Positions 13,538 to 26,005 of a stretch of 64,000 bases of DNA are shown here, one piece after another. The stretch comes from Octopus vulgaris (lineage: Eukaryota). A program made the translations under genes and the position numbers. The stretch is taken from NCBI GenBank assembly GCA_951406725.2, contig OX597814.1, positions 106,826,001 through 106,890,000 on the forward strand, read 5' to 3'. The notes below the pieces were generated by a model. That model saw only the letters and a list, made by a program, of their open reading frames with translations. It made no database searches and was not told the DNA's origin. Positions within the stretch are counted from its first letter, which is position 1. Every line of letters begins with the position of its first letter.

Positions 13538-13737
13538 ATTCTCGATCGGCACTTTTCGGACGATTCAGCTCCCTGTTAGTGTATATCTTTTCATTCATGT
13601 ACATTAACTACAGCATTAGAGTGATTTAGCTGTTATTTCTAGCAATGTAGGTGTTTCCTAACACCCTAGTCACATTTAGTCACATTTGTAATTCTCCATT
13701 TTGGTGAGACATTGCAAACTACTGTTTATATTAATTT

Positions 13738-13781
<44 letters not shown>

Positions 13782-14465
13782 CCTAAGTGTACAGCATTAT
13801 ATATCCAACACGGCTGATCTTATCAATCAGTTTCACGCTAGGAATACAACTGATTATTAGGTAACAATCCTGTTGTCGCCTGTTGCGTTCTTGTCCCATT
13901 TTTTTGTATTCTTGCTTATATACATATAGCGGCGTACGTACACTTTAGTCCCTTATATGTAAGTATATATATTTTTTTTCCCCTACTCAACTTGTCTCTT
14001 CCTCTCTCTCTCTCATTCTTCCTTCTCTCTCTCCCCCTCACCATTCTTCATGGTCTCCTCGCACCATTCCCCTTCTTCTCTCCCTTCCTCTTGCTCCTCC
14101 TCCCCCCTTTCCGTCGTCCACCCGCGACGATACTTCCGCCCTGACTGCTAACTGTCTTTCTCGCCTGGCCTTCGAGGCAACTGGACGACTTTTCCTGCTC
14201 TCTCGTCGCTCACAAAAAATTCTGCGTTTGCAATACTTTTTTTCGTTCGGCGTCAACAGCCTTTCTTATCTTGTTTTCCCTGCCCTGTCTTTTACTGTTA
14301 TATATATATTTTTTACTGTTTATATATTTTTTTACTGTTTTTTACTGTTTATATTTTTGTACTGTCGTTACTGTCCTGTTTTTTTACCTTTTTTTTTACC
14401 ATTTTTTTACCCCTCTGCGAAAAGATCTCAGAATTTTAATTGATTTGCTTTTCGCAGGAAGGAAA

Positions 14466-14542
14466 GTTTCTTGTCGAAGATACGTCTCGCTTTTATCCTT
14501 CGAAACGTAGAGTAGATGAAACCTTAGCGACTGAAGAAGGGG
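14466..14542 (+). ncRNA. Non-circularly permuted HHR-like motif with an intact core and a GUC cleavage triplet
   Basis: GTTTC..TACGT-C-TCGCT..CTTC-GAA-ACGTA..GAAAC..AGCGA-CTGAAGA-A-GGGG. Confidence 0.65.
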
Positions 14543-14749
14543 TTTTTTCGTTGTGTTAATTGTCCTGTACTCCATTTTTTGTTGTTTTTAAAAAAATGTC
14601 CTGTTCCTTTGGTTTGTGTCTATGTTTTCGTTTCTCTTTGTGTTCGACGTCCCTTTGGTGTCCTGTACTCATATATGCGTGTATATGTACATGTAGAGGT
14701 AGGTACGTACATATATGTTTATATATATGCATATGTTTTATTTCATTTA

Positions 14750-14790
<41 letters not shown>

Positions 14791-15295
14791 TTTGTACGAA
14801 TCTTTTATCATTTCATTCTTTCTTTCTTTCAGCCCCTTCACACTTCGTTCTTTCCACTCTTCTTTCTTTCGCTCTCCTCTCTCGCATTTCCTGGCCTTCC
14901 CTTCATTCACACTTTACTCTGTCCCTTTTCTTTTTTCATCGTCCCTCCCTAATTCTTCTATCCCGCTGCGTCTGCCTTTCTCCTCTCCTTCCACATGACC
15001 AGTGTTCGACCAAGCCTGACCTTTCTTTCTTGGTTCGACTACCATCCGTACATCATCTATATTCCTTCCCATGTTTGTCATCTCTTATGTCCCTGCCGTA
15101 AGGCTTAACTTCCACACAAGCCAGCTTAGTTTAATTTGTCCTTAGTTGAAAAACACCTATTGTTAATGTCCTGTGGTTTACATTTGTATTGGTGTATTAT
15201 TTCTCCGTTTTTTTTTTCGTCCTTGTTCTCGTACACATTCGCTGCTTTCTTCCAAGGAATCTAGTGCTCTTAGCTTAGATTTTCCTTGAGGCTAG

Positions 15296-15375
15296 CCAGA
15301 TTGGAGCAGTCTCGAGTATAGCCAGCCGAAACTGAAAAGATAATGTGGAACTCGACTGACGAAAAAAACTCTGAA
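15296..15375 (+). ncRNA. Non-circularly permuted HHR-like motif (stem II decayed) within repeat 15200-15450
   Basis: CAGT-C-TCGAGT..AGCC-GAA-ACTG..ACTCGA-CTGACGA; homologous to 12595-12870. Confidence 0.55.
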
Positions 15376-15461
15376 TGACCCGTCCTTATTGTTTCTTGTC
15401 CCTTTTTTTATCATCTGTCTGTTGCGTTCTTGTCCCATTTTTTAATTCTTTTATATATATA

Positions 15462-18400
15462 TCTCTTATGATAAAAGGCAGATTTTCTCTGCCTGTTCCC
15501 ATGTTTCTTTTTAATACAATTCTGCAATATAGAATTTCTTCAATTGGAATTTACCTATGATTTTTCTAAGTAGATTCGATTGGGTCATGGCATATAATTT
15601 TTTTTTCAATTTGACCCCCAATTAAGCAAAAATTCGAGAAAACTCAATATTTTACGATTTGCCTCTCTCATTTCAAGTGGTTTACTCCTGCTATTACCAC
15701 CACACTTTCTCCTACTTTCTCTTTGCAAGTGTGAAACTATTAAAGTGAAAGTATTATATAACAGGGATGAGCCATTAATAGCGGTCGTCCTTTTTGCTAG
15801 AGGAAGATCCGCTATGGTCTTATATGCTAAACCACTGGTTTTCAATTCATATTAATCAAATTAATGTTCAATTTTTCACCCTTATTATGTGTGTGTGTGT
15901 GTGTGTATTAGCAATTCGTGTAAAATTGCATCAATGACTTGAACTTGAATAAGTGGTTTCACATAAATGGGGATAAATTAAAAAGGTTTGTTGTTATTAT
16001 TATTACTGTTTGACTATTGTAATCACGTTTGTTGGTTCCTCGTCAGGGAAATGTTGTTGTGTTGCATTTGTTAAATAATTGTAAACCGTAACCCTCCCCC
16101 TTTCGGAGAAGGAGCTTTGGTTATTGTTTAAAAATTGAATTGTGTCCCTGTTTGGGGAAATTGACAATACTTTCATCGTCTTTACGGAAGCATTTTTGTT
16201 AAAATACCTTCGATAGAAGAAAGTCCAAAAATGAATTTCGCTGCAGCTGTACACTTCTATACAAGAGGGAGGACAAGATCCAATTGATCGAAATTGCAAG
16301 AGACGGGCCTACAATTCCAGTCTATTATATATTTTGAGTATTGTTATCACTAGCATTATCAAGATATAACTTTGTATTTTGTATTTTATGTGTAGATGTA
16401 TATATATAGATGTATATGTAATATGTACACATATATATACACATATATACATGCATAATATATCTACCCATACACACATACGCACACACACACACATACA
16501 TAGGGGCAGGTGTGGCTGTGTGGTAACAAACTACGTTCCAAACACGTACAGTCCTACTGTGTGGTGACTTGGCATGTGTCTTCTGCTGTAGCTTCAGACC
16601 AACAAAAGCCTTCTCAGTGGATTTTGTACATATATACAGGCATACATACATATATATATATACATGCATACGTACATATTCGGCATAAGCACTCTACCAC
16701 TACAACTAATAACTGTTTGGAACACTTTCAAACCTGCCTTACATTCGAACCGGAATCTCAAAAGCATTGTCCCCTTCAGCGCCAAGCTCAACTGCTCTAT
16801 CCTGACATGGAGGGTATCAGCAATGAAATCTATAACAAAACACTCATTGCTAAACTGGGTGGAAATGAATTGTCGACGTATGGCCTGCCACAAGCATTCA
16901 GGTCAGGGTCAAATAGCCTTCCCACTGCTGTCATTCGTGAAACAACCTACGACACTCAAGCGCTTTCAAAGTACATTGTTGAAAATGAGCCTAAATTACT
17001 TCCGGACCAGCTGCAGGCCTACATAACTATTCTTAATAGTGTACGCCAACGCGAGGGACGAATCTTCTTCCTCGATGCTCCTGGAGGGACAGGAAAAACT
17101 TTTATTACAAAGCTTCTCCTTGCAGAAGTTAGGTAGCATCAGGACATTGCAGTAGCTGTAGCCTCCTCTGGCATTGCAGCTACTTTGTTACCCGGTGGCA
17201 GGACAGCACACTCAACTTTTAAACTCCCTCTCAATTTAGCAGCATCCGAAATGTCTTCATGCAACATTAACAAAAGCTCACATCAGAGACAAGTACTTAA
17301 AATTAGTTATGTAATTGTCTGGGATGAGTGCACTATGGCTCACAAGGGAGCTCTGGAAGCATTAGATAGAGCCCTGAAAGACATCCGAGATTGTCAGGCT
17401 CCAATGGGAGGTGTAACGCTTCTGTTGTCAGGTGATTTCAGGCAAGCACTTCCTGTCATTCCGAAAGGCACTAGAGCTGATGAAGTTCAAGCATGCCTAA
17501 AGTCCTCTACCCTGTGGCATCATGTTACAATCTTTAATCTCACCACTAGCATGAGAGCTCAGCTACACGGCGACAAAATGTCCACAAAGTTTGCACAGGA
17601 CATTTTGACACTTGGTGAAGGCAAGATGCCTCTCGATGCTGCAGGACAAATGGAAGTGTGGTCATTTTCCTCTGTTGTTAATTCTGTAGATGACCTAAAA
17701 ACAAGGTCTTTCCCAACTTCACACAAAACTACCAAAATCACAATTGGCTGTGTGAAAGAGCAATATTAGCTCCAAAAAACGTCGCTGTTAACAAAATTAA
17801 TCAACAGCTATGCATTCTCTTCCCGGCACTATACACACTTACAAGTCTGTTGATACAATTCCAGATATAAATGAAGTTGTGAACTATCCTCCTGAATTTC
17901 TCAATTCACTGGAGCCCTCCTCGACTACCTCCACACATGTTACCACTTAAAGTTGGAACTCCTGTAATGCTACTCCGCAATCTGGAAAAAATGATATTAC
18001 ACGTTATCGAGGCGATCATTCTTTCTGGATGTGGAAAAGGTGATGACGTCTTTATTCCAAGATTTCCTCTTACTCCATCAGGAGCAGAAATTCTATTTAC
18101 ATTCAGAAAACTGAAATTCCCCCTTCGTGTCAGCTTTGCCATGTCCATTAACAAATCTCAGGGTCAAACCCTCTCTGTAGCTGGTCTTCTCTTGGAATAG
18201 CCCTGTTTCTCGCATAGGTACTGTATGTAGGCTACTCAAGAGTAGGAAACAAAAGAAACCTTTTTTTATATGCTCCACAAGGAAAAACAAGGAACATTGT
18301 TTACAACGAGGTGTTATAATCTCAACAGCCAGGAGGTATATACATGATCCCCTTTTTTTAACAAACTTCACGTACTTTCATGTATTTATATTAATATACA

Positions 18401-18500
18401 TATATTCGTGTGTGTGTGTGTGTGTGTATCCATATATATATAACAGAAAAGTCTAATTATTCTATTGAATGTAACCGGGCAACGCCGGGTATCTCTGCTA

Positions 18501-18501
<1 letters not shown>
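15462..18501 (+). mobile_element. Decayed Helitron
   Basis: A|TC 5' end (similar end at about 51400-51545, minus); 3' GC hairpin CCGGGCAACGCCGG followed by CTAG|T; internal PIF1 relic. Pairing of the two ends is inferred. Confidence 0.7.
16690..18330 (+). pseudogene. Helitron Rep/PIF1-like helicase pseudogene
   Basis: Motifs [51 protein letters not shown] and FAMSINKSQGQTL; in-frame TAG at 17134-17136 and later frameshifts. Confidence 0.92.
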
Positions 18502-18540
<39 letters not shown>

Positions 18541-18709
18541 GGTGAGGGGGAGGAAAAGAGGAATTAGAGAAAGGATGAGAGAGAAAACAGTATAGGTTAG
18601 AGTCGCATCAAAAAGATAAAGATAAACTTACTTGGAAATGGATGCGTGGCGTTCAATCAACTAATAATATAAATAATACATATATACATGCATATATGCA
18701 TATATGTAT

Positions 18710-18824
<115 letters not shown>

Positions 18825-19723
18825 TACACTCACAGATAAATACAGATGGATGATAGGTATATGTACTGGCTTTTATAATGAGAATTGTTATAGAGATATC
18901 TTAATTACTTGAAAGGAAGTCATGGGAAGGCGTCCCGTCTTTTAGTGATCTCACACAACCTTCCTTTCGGTGATATTTAATCCAAATGGAGACAGCGATA
19001 AGACATGTACTTAACTTTGTCAACTAACGTATATCATCATCTTATATGTGCAAATAGCATATATATTATCCGACCCATACTTTGTACAAGATATATATAT
19101 ATATTATTCTATGTATATAAGGAAGATCTACTGGTCGTGTCAACTAATGCATTTCATTTGATGTATGCATTGAAATGTTCATATTTGTTTGTGTGACACG
19201 AAACTTGAAACGAATGGTTGTTTTCACGGCAGGAAAACTAGAAAAATATTGACGTCTGCAAAAGCTGATTTAAAAATATTTACCGAAAAATTACAAAGCC
19301 GCGGGCTTTCTTTCAGTCATTACCAATTCCATTGTGAACATCAGCGAACGATGTTAACAAGCATATTGTATTTATTGACTAGTTGACCGGGCAAACTTGA
19401 CTGCTTTTGTTTTCACTGTTACCAAATCTATGAAGAACAAATGCCTCAAAACTGAGTACAGCTGCTAACTCGGGTATCTTTTGCAGAGAACTGAAAGTTT
19501 TGTAAATTTTCATGAGACAAGGAAACTAGAGATTACAAAGAAGAAATCAGCAAGGTGGGGTAGTTCTAATAAAAAACGGGGACGAGATAACAGTATATAA
19601 GGCACCGTATGTTTATATATAATGGAACAAAAACGCTATAGTGGACAATAAAACATTCGAACAGTCCGACGATACAAAGGCAGACAGGAGAAACAACAAT
19701 TAGAAGGACAAGCAAAAAAAAAC

Positions 19724-19781
19724 GTCATTCGTGACCCTCTTTCCTCAGTCAAGTATATCAGAAGTCCTTACTGTTTCGGGC
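19724..19781 (-). ncRNA. Partial permuted HHR-like motif (cleavage strand lost to a (TA)n tract)
   Basis: GCCC-GAA-ACAGT..TACTTGA-CTGAGGA-aaga-GGGT..GAATGAC; flank 19620-19720 is homologous to 57450-57550. Confidence 0.45.
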
Positions 19782-20099
19782 GTATATATATATATATATA
19801 CATACCACTGTATTTATACTGCATCGTTAAAAACCACTAAATACTCTTGTCTAGGCATGCGTATGTAAGTACTCAATAAATGAAGTATCACGTGTAAAGC
19901 TATAAAATCACCAACGCCTCAGGCTGCATGGCTGCAAATAGACACCATAAAATTTATCCTACTTTTCTTTATAGAAATGATCATCTACACTTTCCATCCT
20001 CGAGGTTTCACATCCAATGAGAAATCTAACATCTGCAGTGAGATCATTGAGTCTTGGAATTATTGCTTTGAAATAAGAGACTTATCTCTTACCATTAAA

Positions 20100-20312
20100 G
20101 GAGGCGAGCTGGCAGCATCTTTAGCACGCGGGGCAAAATACTTAGCGGCATCTCGTCCGTCTTTACATTCTGAGTTCAAATCCCACTGAGGTCGACTTTG
20201 CCTTCCATCCTTTTGGGGTCGATGAAATAAGTGCCAGTTACGCACTGGGGCCGATGGACTCGACTAGCCCCTTCCCCTCGAATTTCAGGCCTTATGCTTA
20301 TAGTAGAAAGGA
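20100..20312 (+). mobile_element. tRNA-derived SINE, family B
   Basis: GGCGAGCTGGCAG head plus family core. Confidence 0.85.
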
Positions 20313-20897
20313 TCCTCCCTCACCATCAATTTAACACAAATCATTTAGTGTTGTCTCCTCTGCTGACGGGTTCATAACTTTACACATATTATATATGAAC
20401 ACGCTTCTGTACAAAGTTACTCTTCCACTTGTCGCCAAAATGAGAGGGTCACCACAAAATCTTTCATATTGAGACTTTCTCTTAAAAAAATTTTTAATTT
20501 TTAATTTCACCTGAAGAAAATGGTCTGGTTTTTGCTTTGTTTTTTTTTTTCTAGTTTTTTTTTTTTTTTTTTTTTTTTTCATGATGCAATCAATAAAAAA
20601 CACGTCTGAAACAACGCTTGGCACCTTGAACGTTGTCGCAAATGAAGGCCAAGTTATAACATTCTCGCTCACTTGCTTTGTTTGTAGCAGTGTTTGGAAG
20701 TAAAGTGTATAGAGTGTGGTCGTCTCGAAAAACAAAAAGACCGGGTTTCAGCTGCGCAGGATCTCTTTGATTGTATCGAGGAAGACGAAAACTTTTTGGA
20801 AACGGTCATAACAGGTGACGAATCGTGGGCCTATGGCTATGACCCCGAAACCAAGGCTTGAAAGGAATCCTACTTGAAGAGAACAAGATTTCAAGAC

Positions 20898-21078
20898 AGT
20901 TCTATATTTAAGAGATGATGAATTATATATAGTATTTATATTATTTACATTTGGTGCATATTTGTCTTCATTTTGTTTGTTGTTAACACGACGTTTCGGC
21001 TGATATACCCTCCAGCCTTCATCAGGTGTTTTGAGGAAATTTCGATCCTGGGTTCTCATTCCTAAGGTATTTGTCGAT

Positions 21079-21170
<92 letters not shown>

Positions 21171-21289
21171 GGCATAGTGGTTAAGAGCGCAGGCTTCTAA
21201 CCTCAAGATTCCAAGTTCGATTCCAGGCAGTGATCTGAAGAAGAAGAAGAAGAAGAAGAAGAAGAAGAAAGAAGAAGAAGAAGAAGAAG

Positions 21290-21323
<34 letters not shown>

Positions 21324-21600
21324 AAGAAGAAGAAGAAGAAGAAGAAGAAGAAGAAGAAGAAGAAGAAGAAGAAGAAGAAGAAGAAGAAGAAGAAGAAGAA
21401 GAAGAAGAAGAAGAAGAAGAAGAACGAACGAACGAACGAACGAACGAACGAACGAAAAATACCTTAGGAACGTGAACCCAGGTTCGAAATTTCCCCCAAG
21501 ACACCTGATGAAGACTGGAGGGTATATCAACCGAAACGTTGTGGTAACAACAAACAAGATGAGGACAAATATCCGTCAAATGTAAATAATGTAAATAATG
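20898..21600. mobile_element. Head-to-head (inverted) insertion of the tRNA-headed HHR-SINE with a TSD
   Basis: TSD AAGATTTCAA(G/T)AC at 20885-20897 and 21601-21613; tRNA-like head at about 21169-21237; HHRs at 20985-21030 (minus) and 21500-21545 (plus). Confidence 0.85.
20985..21030 (-). ncRNA. Minimal type I HHR (Penelope type)
   Basis: AACAC-CTGATGA-A-GGCTG-gagggtatat-CAGCC-GAAACGTC-GTGTT, with perfect stems I and II. Confidence 0.8.
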
Positions 21601-22245
21601 AAGATTTCAATACGTCAAGAAAATCCAAGAGAATGCGACGAGAAAGTTCCTCGCTATCCCAAAAGAGGAAACTGCAAGAATGCGTCCATCAATGGAAATG
21701 ATGCTGGATAAATGATGTGACTTCAGAAAAGAATTACTTCAAAGGAGATTAAATGCCGAAGTGATATATGTTGTAATTTCCTTTTCATTGCACCAGTCCC
21801 GATACCAGACCTCGAACAGATTGCTCGGCTTCCGCACAGTTTCTCTCCAGTGAATTCTTCTCTCAAAATACTGCTCAGCAAGAGGCCAGAGTCCCATGCT
21901 GGGTGGGAGGACTTTCGATTCGATGCTATTTTTCAGGTTCAAACCCAGCCGACGTTGAATCTGACTTTTACCCTTCGGGGCCAATCCAATAAAAGCCGGT
22001 CACATCTGGCGATTCACTCAATTAATTTCGCTCGACCACCTTTCCTGGTCAGTTATTTAATTGCTGATTTGTTTCTCTGTGTACTTTCTCTGAAATATGT
22101 TAACTTTACAAAAGCACTTCATTAACATTAATTAAGAGATATAATTAAAGATTTTATGGCGCCTTAGATTCTCAAAAACTATCAAGTATACAATTATAAG
22201 CAGACACTACATTATGTGTGTGTGTGTGTGTGTGTATGTGTGTGT

Positions 22246-22276
<31 letters not shown>

Positions 22277-22334
22277 ATTGCGTATGTGTACATGAGTGTG
22301 TGAGTATACACACACTCATACACACGCGCATATA

Positions 22335-22483
22335 CTTTTGTTTGTTTCAGTCATCTTAACTGCGGTCATGCTGGAGCACCGCCTTTATTCAAACAAATCG
22401 ACCCCAGGACTTATTCTTTGTAAACCAAGTACTTATTCTATTGGTCTCTTATGCCGAACCGCTAGGCGATGGTGGGAGACAAA

Positions 22484-22539
<56 letters not shown>

Positions 22540-22716
22540 CTTATATATATATACGACGTGCTTCTTTCAGTTCCCGCTACCAATATCCACCCACAAAGCT
22601 TTGGTCGGCCCGAAGCTATAGTAGAAGACATTTTCCCAAGTTGCCACGCGGTGGGACTGAACCTGGAACCATGCGGTTGGTAAGCAAGCTACTTACCACA
22701 AAGCCACTCCTGCGCC
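22335..22716 (-). mobile_element. tRNA-derived SINE, family A
   Basis: Reverse match to 6584-6955. Confidence 0.85.
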
Positions 22717-22749
22717 TATATATATATAAATTTGGTGGGAAGTGGGGCC

Positions 22750-22920
22750 AGACGATTTGATCGACCTCAGTGTTTCACTGGTACTTAATTTATCGACCCC
22801 GAAAAAGGATAAAAGGCAAAGTTGATCTCGGTGGAATTTGAACTCAGAACGTAGCGGTAAACGAAATACCGCTAGGCCTTTCACCCGGCGCTCTAATGAT
22901 TCTAACAGCTCGCCGCCTTA
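22750..22920 (-). mobile_element. tRNA-derived SINE, family B (further fragments at about 23040-23100, 23455-23670 and 23695-23885)
   Basis: Family B head and core. Confidence 0.8.
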
Positions 22921-22933
22921 TCGTTATTATTAT

Positions 22934-22989
<56 letters not shown>

Positions 22990-23378
22990 ATAATAATAAT
23001 GGTTTCAAATTTTGCTACAAGTGCAGCAATTTTGGAGGAGGGTTTAAGTCGATTACATCGACCCAGTACTCAACTGGGATTTTATTGACTCCGAAAGCGG
23101 TTTGTGCTCATACCACGTCTTGCCTCTCTCTAGCCCCCACTTTTCGCACAATTTCCGATGGAGCACTTTCGCTACCTCATAGTGTCGTCACAACTTGTAG
23201 TGGTTTTGGGCAAGTCTAGGGCATTCGCTTGTGATATGACCAATGGTTTCATCCACTCTATTGCAGATGTGGCACAGCGGAGACACTTGCTCATTACTCA
23301 GGTTGACCCTCTAGTTCGTTGCCAAAGCTTGGTCTAGCGCTAGCAGTATAGTGCTTTCGGTCTCTTTTTCAGTGTTCC

Positions 23379-23446
<68 letters not shown>

Positions 23447-24758
23447 AGGGGTCGACGGCGGCAAGCTGGCTGAACTGTTAGAGTGTCGGATAAAATGATT
23501 TACAGCAATTTATTCTGACTTTTTACGTTCTTAGTTCAAATCCCGCCGAGGTCATGTTTCCCTGTCATAATTTCGAGTCGATAAAAAAAAACGGCAGGCA
23601 AATACAGGAGTCGTCGGTTCCATTAACCCCCTCCTTTCAAATTTGCTGGACTTTTGCTAAAATTTGAAATAGTTACAACTAAAGGAGTTGACGACGGCGA
23701 GCTAGAAGAATGGGTATAGCGCTGGATGAAACGCTTTGCGATATTTCTTAAATGACAACCCGCTGGAGTCAACTTTGCATTTCATTTTTTATTTAATAAC
23801 CCTGAAAAGAATGAAAAGCGCAGTTGACCCCGGTAAGGTTTGAATTCAGAACGTAAAGAGCTGGAAGAAATACCGCTAAGCGTTATCGAATATAAATTAG
23901 AAAAAGATTGAAGAGCTCGGAGAAAAAGTGCTTCTATCGGCAAGCCATTCTCGTACGTTCTTTTATTCCCGTGCCATGGCCAGTTTAAATTTGCCATAGT
24001 TAGAAAATTAGTCAATCTATTAGAGAAAGTTGCCGGACTGGACAACCAAATCAATTTCTAATAATGATGTCGACCCTAACACTATCTACAATATCCCTTA
24101 ACACAACAGAATGGCCCGCCGACTATAACATTTTGCTCTCTTATATTTGACAAAAGGAAATTTTCCCGAAATATTATAGAACCAGTAAACTTTAAATGAC
24201 GGGAAATGAATGTGTATGCAAAATGGGCAGGAAGGCAAAAAATATCTCTTTTCTTAAGAGTAATTTCTATATTTATTTACACTTTAAATAAATACAAAAA
24301 AACTATAATAATTGTTAGTCTTTCGCACAATAAAATTTACAAAAGTGCCGTAAAATATTTATTTTCCTTTGACGATGACTGTATCCATGTAGAAGTTTTG
24401 AAACATCAATGCATGATATCCGCCGTTTAAGCATTAAACAACCTGAAGTTTTCATTGAACAGTGTCACCTTACATATTTTGCTTCACTTCTCACCGGCAT
24501 GGCTTAAAGGATTTTCCGAAATACACCATTTACGCATTGCAATAATTCAAGCAAACGAAAGCACTCTTCTGCGTGCATGCGTGTTATTAGCAAGCACATC
24601 TTTCTTTCAAGTCTTATTATTGTACCTTGTTGATAGACCACCTTTCTATAAAAGAAATCATCTTTATTCTCGGCCATGTACTAATCCAGATGTCCACCCG
24701 ACTATATATTGTTGCTTTAAATAGTGTTACTGTGAAGTCAATGAGAAATCCTCTATAT

Positions 24759-24998
24759 AAGGGGTTCTCAACCATGTTTTTACTTGTGGACCCCTTTGAT
24801 TACTGTTTTATTCGGATGGATCCCCATAACTATTCGATGATTAAAAATTTCTATTTTAATTTTTATAATTAAAATATTATCAGGAATTTTATTAATGTTT
24901 AAATATTTGATGTATTTTAGAAATATAACCAGTTTATTGCGCATAAAATCTTATAGGGACCCCCAATGGGTTTTATGGACCCCGATTGAGAATTGCTG
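24759..24998. mobile_element. hAT-type MITE (degenerate)
   Basis: Ends AGGGGTTCTCAAC / ATTGAGAATTGCTG; related to 6231-6485. Confidence 0.6.
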
Positions 24999-25891
24999 TT
25001 CTAACTAGTCGTAAAAACTGCTGGAAATAACAGCCAAATCTCTCTCTCCCTTAAAACGTACCAAAACGTCTGAGGACAAGAAATAAGTACATTTGATAGT
25101 ATATTGGTAGATGCACCGATTCAAGAATAAAACTTGTGATGATCTTTGCACCGTTCAGTCACCACTGACCTCAAAAGTAAACAACAACAACAACAACAGC
25201 AACAACATTCTTATTTTCCCTGTTGATATTCTGCCGTCTTCAAAATAAATTAACATTGTTAAAATACTTTTAAAAAATTAACTTTTATTCATTTTTTTTT
25301 TTTATTAATTTCTTCTGTACACCTCCAGCACCCACAACATACACATACGCACTCACCCTTTACCCACCCCCGCAACACACGCACATATTTTTCTATTTTC
25401 CTTTTTTTAATAGATTAATCTGCCTCTTCTACTGTTTGTTCGGCATCCATTTAACAACAGAGAAATCCTTCTTTGTTTATGTCTTAGAATAATTTCTTCT
25501 TTTTTTTTAATAAATTGTTTATATCATTTTGTTTTATATTTTTGTATTGTTATTGTGTTTAATTATTGAACTTTTACGGATTAAAAAAAATTGCCAATTT
25601 TTTAATGTTACTTTCTTTTTTGTCTTTATTTTGTTTTATGGAGGGGGATTATATTTACTTTTTTTATTTTTCTATTTTTTTATCTCTGTCTTTTTTATCC
25701 AGTTTGCTCCTGTTGCTTCACTCTTCAATTTTACCCCCTTTTTCGCTTTCTCCTTGCCTCATTCATTCTCTTTCTCTTCCTCTCTCTCTCTCTTTCTCTC
25801 TCTCTCTCTTTATCTAACTATCTATCTATCTCTGTTACTATTTACGTGTGTGTGCGCATGCATGCATACATACATAAATTCATATACATGC

Positions 25892-25925
<34 letters not shown>

Positions 25926-25968
25926 ATTTAACTGTGTATACACACACACATATGTATATATATATATA

Positions 25969-26005
<37 letters not shown>

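Larger units (their letters stand above)
20725..21815 (+). pseudogene. mariner transposase relic split by the 20898-21600 insertion
   Basis: FLETVITGDESWAYGYDPETK before the insert; the frame LKRTRFQ(D/Y)V resumes after it and ends ..NYFKGD*. Confidence 0.8.

Noticed and set aside
16510-18200. Host PIF1 helicase gene
   Set aside because: It is intronless, has stops and frameshifts, and is bounded by Helitron termini.
21169-21237. tRNA-Arg(TCT)-like sequence (also 48331-48393)
   Set aside because: The acceptor and T stems do not pair properly and it is fused to a repeat body, so it is a SINE head rather than a tRNA gene.
23155-23380. Two HHR-like fragments (CTATGA..GAAAGTGCTC and CTGAAAA..GAAAGCA..TGCTA, minus)
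   Set aside because: The cores are defective and stem I is unpaired; too degenerate to support.
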